Source of the DNA: a virus
DNA: 64,000 nt
Virus record (IMG/VR): IMGVR_UViG_3300008267_000011
Coordinates: 30,416 to 94,415 of that record
Reading direction: 5' to 3' (one strand)
In this document: in pieces, positions 1-8,410 of the stretch
Layout of the letters: each line of letters opens with the position of its first letter
Numbering within the stretch: the stretch's first letter is position 1
The notes under the pieces: generated by a model
Database searches by the model: none
Seen by the model: only the letters and a program-made list of their open reading frames with translations
Told to the model about the DNA's origin: nothing
Program-made: the position numbers and the translations under genes

Positions 1-1
1 A

Positions 2-178
2 ACTACAAATCAATATGAGCTTACTGATTTTGCAACAGGATCTGCGTTTAGACCTTACATATCACAAATAGGCTTGTATAATGACAAGGGTAGCTTGGTT
101 GTAGCAGGAAAGCTATCGCAACCAATACGGTTACCAAATAACGTAGATACTACAATAATAGTAAAATTTGACAGATAA
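2..178 (+). CDS. 3' end (partial) of a virion structural gene, baseplate/tail-collar type
   Basis: Not in the ORF track. The frame from position 2 reads TTNQYELTDFATGSAFRPYISQIGLYNDKGSLVVAGKLSQPIRLPNNVDTTIIVKFDR*. The PY-x-x-x-IGLYND...KLSxPI...VKFD ending resembles phage baseplate/collar proteins. Its stop overlaps the next ATG (TAATG, 176-180). Confidence 0.65.
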   Translation, partial: TTNQYELTDFATGSAFRPYISQIGLYNDKGSLVVAGKLSQPIRLPNNVDTTIIVKFDR

Positions 179-582
179 TGGCAAGAAAGGTTACAAAAAA
201 ACAAGCAGCAAAAGCAAAAGGATATCGTAGCGGTCTAGAGGTGGATTTACAAGAATCCCTGGACCGATTAGGCATTAATGGTGAGTACGAAAAACACAAA
301 ATCAAATACACCAAACCAGCAACAGATCACACCTACACCCCAGACTTTAAGTTACCTAATGGTATTTTTATAGAAACTAAAGGTAGGTTTGTTACAGAAG
401 ATAGAAAGAAACATGTGCTAATAAAAAAGCAGTATCCAGAGCTAGACATTCGTTTCATATTTCAAAATTCAAAAAACAAGATTCGTAAAGGATCACCAAC
501 AACCTATGCTGATTGGTGCAATAAACACGGCTTTCTATATGCAGATAAAACAATCCCACAAGAGTGGTTGGATTGTAAATAA
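178..582 (+). CDS. Endonuclease I, T7 gp3-like Holliday junction resolvase
   Basis: Motifs GYRSGLE, YTPDF, IETKGRF, DRKKH, ELDIRF and TTYADWC match the T7 endonuclease I PD-(D/E)xK family. Confidence 0.9.
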   Translation: MARKVTKKQAAKAKGYRSGLEVDLQESLDRLGINGEYEKHKIKYTKPATDHTYTPDFKLPNGIFIETKGRFVTEDRKKHVLIKKQYPELDIRFIFQNSKNKIRKGSPTTYADWCNKHGFLYADKTIPQEWLDCK

Positions 583-598
583 TCTGGCGTATAGTTAG
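568..598 (+). promoter_or_regulatory. Candidate host-sigma (Bacteroidota-type -33/-7) promoter for primase
   Basis: TTG (568-570), 19 nt spacer, then TATAGTTAG (590-598). Same layout as the sites before polA, SSB and helicase. Confidence 0.45.
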
Positions 599-602
599 TT
601 CT

Positions 603-1526
603 ATGGACATAAACCAAGCTCAACTTAAACAGATAGTAGATGGACACTTAGGCGCAGGAACTCCTGGCAATAAGGGAGAAACTGCATACTACTGTCCATT
701 TTGCAGTCATCACAAGAAGAAGCTGCAAGTGAACTTTGTGTTGGAGAAGTTTCACTGTTGGGTATGTAATACTAAGGGAAGCTCTATAGCTAACCTGCTC
801 AAGAAGAGTAATGCAGCCAAGCACCTGATACAGAAGGCAATTGAGCTTGGAACTAGGAGATTTAGTATTCCATTAACAGAAGTTAGATCAACACAATTAA
901 CACTACCAGAAGAGTACATTCCTATGTGGAAAGCGAGTCCAAACAGCCCACACTTTAAGAATGCGCTACACTACCTACTAAACGTAAGAGGCTTGACTAA
1001 GCATGATATTCTCAAGTATCAGATAGGCTACTGCGAGACTGGTGAGTATGGAGGAATGGTTATCATTCCAAGCTACGATGAGCATGGAGTTGTTAACTTC
1101 TTCACAGGAAGAAGCTTCTACCAAGAAGCAGGTCGTAGACACAACAACCCAGACGTATCCAAGGATATCATCGGATTTGAGAACCTAATAGACTGGTCTC
1201 AGCCAATCACCTTAGTAGAAGGTGCATTTGATGCAATATCAACAAAAAGAAATGCAATTCCGTTGTTTGGTAAGATGATTCTTAGTAAACTGCAAATAAA
1301 AATAATTGAACAAAGCGTTAAGCGAATCAACATAGCACTCGATCCAGATGCACTACCAAAGGCTGTAGAGGCTATTGAGTCGTTTATCAATAATGGTGTC
1401 GATGTTCGATTAGTTAAACTAGATGAGGATCCTAATGACACAGGATTTGTGGATATGAGACCAAAGGTCGATGAGGCAACTGCAATCGATTTGTTTGATT
1501 TGATATCGTTAAAAATGGCTATATGA
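603..1526 (+). CDS. DNA primase (DnaG/gp61-like)
   Basis: N-terminal zinc finger CPFC...HCWVC; TOPRIM motifs LVEGAFDA and LDPDA. Confidence 0.9.
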   Translation: MDINQAQLKQIVDGHLGAGTPGNKGETAYYCPFCSHHKKKLQVNFVLEKFHCWVCNTKGSSIANLLKKSNAAKHLIQKAIELGTRRFSIPLTEVRSTQLTLPEEYIPMWKASPNSPHFKNALHYLLNVRGLTKHDILKYQIGYCETGEYGGMVIIPSYDEHGVVNFFTGRSFYQEAGRRHNNPDVSKDIIGFENLIDWSQPITLVEGAFDAISTKRNAIPLFGKMILSKLQIKIIEQSVKRINIALDPDALPKAVEAIESFINNGVDVRLVKLDEDPNDTGFVDMRPKVDEATAIDLFDLISLKMAI

Positions 1527-4500
1527 TTAATAAAGTTAAGACAAGCTTAAAGAAGGTTGACAAAATCCTTCACATTGCGGATGTTCACATTCGTAACTGG
1601 AAGCGCCATAAAGAATACAAGTTGGTATTCGATAAATTATTCGAAGCAGCAAAGCAACTGCCAGAGGATTCCATCATTACTATTGGTGGAGATATTGTAC
1701 ATGCTAAGACCGATATGAGCCCAGAGTTGATTCACATGGTATCTTACCTATTCAACAACTTAGCAGACATCAGACCGACGATAGTAATTTGTGGTAACCA
1801 CGATACCAATCTGAACAATAACAATAGATTAGATGCTTTAACACCTATTATTGAAGCACATGGGCATCCTAACTTGTTTTATTTAAGAGACAGTGGTGCT
1901 CATAAGATTGGTGACGTAATGATCAACATAATGTCGTTACTCGACGATCCAAAGGAGTATAAGTTAGCCGATGCGTTAATAGGAAAAGCTGATACTTTAA
2001 TTGCTATGTACCACGGAACTATTGCAAATAGTAAGGTGGATAGTGGATTAAACATTGCACATGGATTAGACTGGGACACCTTTGCTGGACATGATATAGT
2101 TCTACTTGGAGACATTCACAAAAGACAAATCCTTAGCGACGCTAATCCACTAATATTCTATCCTGGAAGTACTGTTCAGCAGAACTTTGGAGAATCTTAC
2201 GAAGGGCATGGGTATGCCATCGTCGATGTGGCGAGTAGAACGGTTGAGCACTTCGACATTCCAAACGACTACGGATACTTTACATTTGAAATTAAAGACG
2301 GAATTGTACCTGACAACTTACCAATCACATCCAAAACGAGCGTAAGAGCAAAGGTTTACAACACATCACCAGCACAACTGAAAAAGGCACTAGCCGAGGT
2401 AAGAAAGAAGTATAAGAATGGAGAGGTGCTTGTTACCAACATGGACAAAAGTCAGATACAAAATGGTCTTAAAATAGACGATACATTGCATGGTTTAGAT
2501 GTTAGAAATGTAGACTACCAAACGACGCTACTAAAGGAGTACTTGGATCAATTCCACTTAGAGGAGGAGTTGGTTGATAAGATTATTAGCACCAACAAAG
2601 GATTCAACTCAGCTGTAATATCAGGCGAATTAGTGCGTAATGTTGTATGGACTCCAAAGAAGTTTGAGTTTGATAATATGTTCTCATATGGTGAGGGCAA
2701 CGTGATTGGATTTGACAACCTCAATGGCATATGTGGATTGTTTGCACCAAACCATGCAGGTAAGTCAGCTACATTAGATGCATTATGCTTTTGCTTATTT
2801 GACCACTCCTATAGAGCAAGCAAAGCTGAGCAGGTGCTTAATAGAAAGAAAGATGGCTTCTGGTGTCGTTTTAACTTTGAATTAAACGGATTAGACTACT
2901 ATATCGAAAAGAGAGCTGCAAGGTACCAAAAGGGACCTTTGGCTGGAAAATTGCGTGTGGATATTGATTTCTGGTATGTTGACCATGAAGGGCAGAAGCA
3001 TTTACTAAATGGTGAGCAGAGAAAGGACACTAACCGAATCATACAATCGTATGTTGGATCCTTTGACGACTTTATTCTAACAGCATTATCGCTTCAAGGT
3101 AACAACAGTAGCTTCATTGAGAAAACTCAAGGGGAGCGAAAGGATTTGCTAGCAAACTTTTTGGACCTAAAGATTTTTGACAACCTATACGAGTTAGCAA
3201 ACAAGGAAATCAGAACAACAACAGTGCTGTTAGAAGAGTACGAAAAGCAGGACTTTGAGCAATCGTTAGGAGATGCTCAACGATCACTAGAAACTAACGA
3301 GGAGTTGTATAAGGATAAGTTTGCCGAGTATGAAAAGGTACAAGAAGCAATTCAAGACCTAAACGATCAAATCATCAAATTATCCGAGCAAATCAAGCCA
3401 ACTGAAGCAGATGGATTGGATTTACCAAACCTACAAACTCAACAGACCTCTTTGGAGAAAGAAGTTGAGTCCAAGATCAATGACCAACAAACAATACAAG
3501 ACAAGATCAATGCAGTCAATGCAGAAATTGGTAGACTTGACCAGGAATTTAACAAAACCGATGTAGGTGAGGTACAATCAAATTACGCAGACTTCTGCAT
3601 GATGCTGTCACGTAAAACTGAGTTGGATACAAAACTACAGCACTATAAAGTGACAATCTCAACTAAGCTAGATAAGCTTAAGAGATTAGAAGAACACGAG
3701 TACGATCCTAACTGCAAGTACTGCGTCGAGAATGTATTTGTTAAGGATGCAATCAAGACCAAGCAAGAGCTTGATGAGGATAAGAAGCACGTAGCAGAGT
3801 TCCTTAGTGAAAGAAAGCAAGTAGAGGAATATGTCGAAAAGTATAAGGATATCGAAGAGCAGTACAAGTACTTTGAAGGAATAGCGACTGAGAAGCAAAG
3901 GTTGACAAATGGATTGAGTGTTTTAGATTCCAAACTAGAGTCAATTGATAGCCAAATACAGACGTATAGGGCTAAATTAGAGCGGGTAGAATCGAGTATC
4001 AAGACGTACAATGACAACTTAGCTACAATTGAGACAAACAGCTCTTTAAACAAGTCTATTAAGGTTTTACGAGAGCAAGCAACTAAGACCAAACAACAAG
4101 CTGAAACGCTAAATAAGGAGGCTCAAAACTATCACGGAAAGGTAAAAGTTAGTGAGAAGGTAATTAGTGAGTGTGAAAAGAGCATTAGGCATATGCAAGA
4201 GCTATCAGAAAAGCAAATAGCTTACGACTATTACCTAAAAGCAATGGGTCGTGATGGGATACCATATTCTCTAATCAGCAAAGCAATACCATACATCCAA
4301 TCCTACGTCAACAACATCCTAGCTCAGGTAACCGATTTCACAATCGAGATTGAGACTGACGGTAAAAACATCAATGTACATATCTGCTATGACGATAATA
4401 AGTGGCCATTGGAATTAGCTTCTGGAATGGAGAGATTTGTTAGTTCGCTTGCTATTCGTGTAGCTTTGATTAAGATCACCAACCTACCAAAGCCTAACTT

Positions 4501-4690
4501 TATAGCAATTGATGAAGGACTAGGTGTATTGGATAGCAATAATCTCAACTCAATGCATATGTTCTTCAACTACCTAAAGGATACGTTCAAGTTTGGACTA
4601 ATCATTAGTCACATTGACGTGGTGCGCGACATGGTGGATACCATCATTACTATCGATAGAAAGGAGGATTTCAGCTATATTAGATGTTGA
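1523..4690 (+). CDS. Fused Mre11/SbcD nuclease - Rad50/SbcC ATPase (gp47-gp46 fusion)
   Basis: Metallophosphoesterase motifs ADVH, GGDIVH, GNHD and LGDIH. These are followed by Walker A APNHAGKS, a coiled coil with zinc hook CKYC, signature ASGME, Walker B IAIDEG and ISH, all in one 1055-aa ORF. Confidence 0.93.
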   Translation: MINKVKTSLKKVDKILHIADVHIRNWKRHKEYKLVFDKLFEAAKQLPEDSIITIGGDIVHAKTDMSPELIHMVSYLFNNLADIRPTIVICGNHDTNLNNNNRLDALTPIIEAHGHPNLFYLRDSGAHKIGDVMINIMSLLDDPKEYKLADALIGKADTLIAMYHGTIANSKVDSGLNIAHGLDWDTFAGHDIVLLGDIHKRQILSDANPLIFYPGSTVQQNFGESYEGHGYAIVDVASRTVEHFDIPNDYGYFTFEIKDGIVPDNLPITSKTSVRAKVYNTSPAQLKKALAEVRKKYKNGEVLVTNMDKSQIQNGLKIDDTLHGLDVRNVDYQTTLLKEYLDQFHLEEELVDKIISTNKGFNSAVISGELVRNVVWTPKKFEFDNMFSYGEGNVIGFDNLNGICGLFAPNHAGKSATLDALCFCLFDHSYRASKAEQVLNRKKDGFWCRFNFELNGLDYYIEKRAARYQKGPLAGKLRVDIDFWYVDHEGQKHLLNGEQRKDTNRIIQSYVGSFDDFILTALSLQGNNSSFIEKTQGERKDLLANFLDLKIFDNLYELANKEIRTTTVLLEEYEKQDFEQSLGDAQRSLETNEELYKDKFAEYEKVQEAIQDLNDQIIKLSEQIKPTEADGLDLPNLQTQQTSLEKEVESKINDQQTIQDKINAVNAEIGRLDQEFNKTDVGEVQSNYADFCMMLSRKTELDTKLQHYKVTISTKLDKLKRLEEHEYDPNCKYCVENVFVKDAIKTKQELDEDKKHVAEFLSERKQVEEYVEKYKDIEEQYKYFEGIATEKQRLTNGLSVLDSKLESIDSQIQTYRAKLERVESSIKTYNDNLATIETNSSLNKSIKVLREQATKTKQQAETLNKEAQNYHGKVKVSEKVISECEKSIRHMQELSEKQIAYDYYLKAMGRDGIPYSLISKAIPYIQSYVNNILAQVTDFTIEIETDGKNINVHICYDDNKWPLELASGMERFVSSLAIRVALIKITNLPKPNFIAIDEGLGVLDSNNLNSMHMFFNYLKDTFKFGLIISHIDVVRDMVDTIITIDRKEDFSYIRC

Positions 4691-4718
4691 CAACTATTTA
4701 TTAGAAAAACAGTTGTAA

Positions 4719-7700
4719 ATGGCAATCGTACAACGTCCCTTTCTAAGGAGAAACTTTACACAATACCAATACGCTGTCGTTGATTCGAGTGAAACTTCGC
4801 CTGATTTCTTCGACATTTCCTTCTTTCCTACTAAGATTGGAGGTGGAAAGAGTGTTATCAAATTCAAAGGAAATCCTAACAACCTAGCGCTGCTAAAGGA
4901 GGTTGAGATTGAGGTAGTAGACGCAGCAGGCAATCCAGTAAAATCTGAGGTTGTTGAGTTAGTTGATAGATTCAACAACTACTTTGCTTCTATTAACGTA
5001 CACGACGACACTGCTGCTGGAACAGGATACGTTTACTTGGTAGGAGTTGCAAATAAGAATTCTACTGGCCAGCCGTTAGATAGATCGAGCTATAACGAGT
5101 TAGGGTATAACTTAATTTGGGGTAGGCCAATAGACATCCAACCATTTGAACGAAACGACTCAGAGCTAATCTTCAACGAAGCTCCAGCAATCCAAGTAGC
5201 ACAGATAATTGCACCAGCCCGTATTAGCTCTAATTTAGTGGCAGAAAGCTTATTCACAGCAACGACTTCATCAAACGCAACAATAACAACTTCAAAGTTC
5301 AGGGGGTTTGATAAGAAGCAATCGACAAGCGTACAAGTTGTCGATAAAAAGCTCAACAGCATAAAGATACAGCCTGATACGCAAGCAACCACTACAAACA
5401 TTGTAGACACTACAATAAGAACAGCAAACCCCGACGTTATAGGAGGCTACCAGGCAAACGACTTAGAGAGATTCAACACAGTAGCAACAACCGCTGTTTC
5501 CTTTTTTAGTAGTAGCCATGTCGGTGGCTACATGCAATTTTTTACACAAAGCTATACGCTACAACCCTCATTACCATCCACATCGCTACTAGCAACAACA
5601 AACCCATACAATAGCTTTGAGGTTAATGGGCTGACGCAATCGATAGACGATCAATTAGGATACTGGAAATCTACAGTAGTTCGTGTACTAAACGACAAGA
5701 CTGCCTATCTCGAAACTCCGGTGCAAGTTAACACTAGAGTTCCTGGAAGATTAGGCTATGTGCAAAACACCCACACGTACAGCAACGTATCCCAGTTCAC
5801 AGCTAGTTTGATATACGTAGACAATTCGAGTCTGTATATAACAAGTAGCCTAATGTCTCAAAGCTATATCCAAGTCACTTGCTACGATTTAAAACCAATT
5901 GCTGGAGAGGTTACTAGAATAAAGACCTATTTCAAAAGGTCATCTGCAACACAAGACTGGACGCTGTTGGGTGACCAGGAAGTCTATCCTCCTGAGTACC
6001 TAACAGACGCTGAAAAGCCTAATCAAGCATCGTACGCACGCACGCTAAGCGACTTCTTGCTAATAGGACACTTTACAGACAACGCAGTACTGCAAGACAA
6101 TTGGAGTTTTATCAATGAGACGCCAACTGGATTTGATAATGCAACGGGATCAATCGTAAACAATCCACTGCAGGATAGTGTACGTTTGCAAACAAGTGGA
6201 TCGACGAATAAGATACTAACGACAAAATACAACCAAAGCTACTTAGAGAGTCAAGTATACACTATAGCATTTGATTGTGTGCTGGATCCGTATACTGATC
6301 TAGAGGTTTACATGAATAGTGATGTGCTAAGCACAACGTTAATATCGCAGGACTTTTTGCCTAAAGCGTATACTAAGTCCAAAAACAAAGAACTGACGCG
6401 TTACCCGGATGGGTACTCGAGGTTTGGTAGATCGATTGGACGTATTGCAAATGCAACCGATCAACAAAAACAATATGGCCGTGTGCTGTTTGATTTCCTT
6501 ACAGATGGAGATGGATTAGGTAAGCCTCTACTTAGATGTGTACCAAATGGAGATGTGACTGGATCAAGCTATATCTCAAAAGTTAATCTAACACCAAGAA
6601 AACTAAACGGATACACACCAGAACTAATACAATTTGCACTACCAGCACCACCAGACTTTAGCTACAACCTTTCAGAGAGCATTGATTACAAATTCGAATA
6701 CTACGACTACTCAGGTAAGCAGTCTGAGTTTATTAGCTACATAAAGGACGAAAACCTAGAACTTGTTTCAGAGATCCAAACAAATAAGTGCCAAGCTGAG
6801 CGTAAAAGCTTCAGCTTTACATCAGACTACTGGATTTCGTCAAGTTACACAATTCCTAACTACATAGTAAGTGGTCGTACCTTGGAGCAAATTACTTCCG
6901 AGAGCTATAGTGCGGATACGAGACTATATCCTATGTTTGTTAACGGTGCTGTAGGCAGTATACTCGGATCGTACGCAGGTGCAGCTGCTAGTAACACACC
7001 AGTAGACGGATGGAATTGCGCAATACCCTACAATTATATGTTCTCTAACTCAGTAACATATTCAAGCTTCCGGTATATATCGGCATCAATATCGACTACA
7101 AACATGACGGTGTATCAAAACGCAGCTGGTCGTGTTACAAGTTCGTGGAGGTGGTTTGATACCTTCACCGACCTATACAACACAGGACCGGGGATTGGGA
7201 CAGCATTGCAAGCTTACGCGTACACTACAGCCTCTATTTCAGCAATCGACAACGCGCGATTCACAACTCACAGCTGTGTTGGAATCAGACGCGACGATGT
7301 ATCACAATCATATGCAGACTACACTAACGCAGCAAGTAATACAGCGCGAACTGTAGCGTTAAAGAAGAGAAGATTGGTTTGGCCAACTGGCGGATCTGTC
7401 ACATCAAGCTACTTTACTGAAAATGGAGGTATATACAACGTTAAGTTCAAACTAAAAAAAGACACAGACTACCTACCCGATACAGGATCGTACTTGATGG
7501 TCTACCTATTCAATGCATACACAGACTATACAACAAGTAGCATAGGAACAGCTGGTTGGTATCCACCATCAAGAAACATAGTAAAGATAGGACATGGATA
7601 CACATCAGGCAGTATCACAACGCCAACTATAACCTGGTACGACAGTGCAACGGGATACTACTACGATGAATACGACATAAACCTAATACAATACGGATCC

Positions 7701-7895
7701 TCAGCGCAATTGGTATTTGAGCCATCTGGTGATGGGGGAAAGTATTTTGGTACGTTGGTTGATGATATAGAATTTTGCAAAGTTGGCGTTACAACAGATC
7801 CGTTGTTCATCAAACCACAATCAGCAGCTAACCTGTCACGTTTTGGTAACATAGCATTTATCCCAAGTCCTGATACTCCAAGCGGTCAAAAATGA
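4719..7895 (+). CDS. Large virion structural protein (baseplate/tail-associated, putative)
   Basis: 1058 aa, Ser/Thr/Tyr-rich beta-type composition, about 20 [ST]-x-S motifs, preceded by the late motif TATTTATT (4695-4702). Confidence 0.55.
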   Translation: MAIVQRPFLRRNFTQYQYAVVDSSETSPDFFDISFFPTKIGGGKSVIKFKGNPNNLALLKEVEIEVVDAAGNPVKSEVVELVDRFNNYFASINVHDDTAAGTGYVYLVGVANKNSTGQPLDRSSYNELGYNLIWGRPIDIQPFERNDSELIFNEAPAIQVAQIIAPARISSNLVAESLFTATTSSNATITTSKFRGFDKKQSTSVQVVDKKLNSIKIQPDTQATTTNIVDTTIRTANPDVIGGYQANDLERFNTVATTAVSFFSSSHVGGYMQFFTQSYTLQPSLPSTSLLATTNPYNSFEVNGLTQSIDDQLGYWKSTVVRVLNDKTAYLETPVQVNTRVPGRLGYVQNTHTYSNVSQFTASLIYVDNSSLYITSSLMSQSYIQVTCYDLKPIAGEVTRIKTYFKRSSATQDWTLLGDQEVYPPEYLTDAEKPNQASYARTLSDFLLIGHFTDNAVLQDNWSFINETPTGFDNATGSIVNNPLQDSVRLQTSGSTNKILTTKYNQSYLESQVYTIAFDCVLDPYTDLEVYMNSDVLSTTLISQDFLPKAYTKSKNKELTRYPDGYSRFGRSIGRIANATDQQKQYGRVLFDFLTDGDGLGKPLLRCVPNGDVTGSSYISKVNLTPRKLNGYTPELIQFALPAPPDFSYNLSESIDYKFEYYDYSGKQSEFISYIKDENLELVSEIQTNKCQAERKSFSFTSDYWISSSYTIPNYIVSGRTLEQITSESYSADTRLYPMFVNGAVGSILGSYAGAAASNTPVDGWNCAIPYNYMFSNSVTYSSFRYISASISTTNMTVYQNAAGRVTSSWRWFDTFTDLYNTGPGIGTALQAYAYTTASISAIDNARFTTHSCVGIRRDDVSQSYADYTNAASNTARTVALKKRRLVWPTGGSVTSSYFTENGGIYNVKFKLKKDTDYLPDTGSYLMVYLFNAYTDYTTSSIGTAGWYPPSRNIVKIGHGYTSGSITTPTITWYDSATGYYYDEYDINLIQYGSSAQLVFEPSGDGGKYFGTLVDDIEFCKVGVTTDPLFIKPQSAANLSRFGNIAFIPSPDTPSGQK

Positions 7896-8410
7896 TACCA
7901 AGTAGAAACATAAGAAATACTCGTGTAACGATGCCAATTCTCAATATGTTGGTAGATGCACCTTTTTTGGAAAAGACGACGTTAAAAGCCTTGTACCCAC
8001 AGTGGAAGGGAGAATCTATAGCGGAAATAAAAGAGAAGCATAGTGATAATCCGTATAGGGTAAGAATAGGAACGCCAAACACTGATAAAGCGATGCAAGC
8101 GGATCACGCCTTGTTTATACAAAGTTACCTATCGTATAATCCAATCACAAAACAGCTCGAAAAGCGAGAGCTATTACCATATCGTAACGTTGAGAAAGTT
8201 TATATAGGGGAGCAGAGAATAGATGAGCATAATTACGGTAACTACACTCTATTCATAAACGGATCTATTGTAGCGGAGGACCTAATTCTGTTGAATAATA
8301 AGCAATCTTTATTGGAGATAATAAAGAAGTTGACGGAAGAGGTAGCAGAGTTACGGGTAGAAGTTCACAAATTACACACTCAAACCAAACAACAACCTAT
8401 TTATAGATAA
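7892..8410 (+). CDS. Hypothetical protein with C-terminal coiled coil
   Basis: 172-aa ORF coupled to both neighbours (ATGA and TAATG overlaps); C-terminal LLEIIKKLTEEVAELRVEV. Confidence 0.6.
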   Translation: MIPSRNIRNTRVTMPILNMLVDAPFLEKTTLKALYPQWKGESIAEIKEKHSDNPYRVRIGTPNTDKAMQADHALFIQSYLSYNPITKQLEKRELLPYRNVEKVYIGEQRIDEHNYGNYTLFINGSIVAEDLILLNNKQSLLEIIKKLTEEVAELRVEVHKLHTQTKQQPIYR

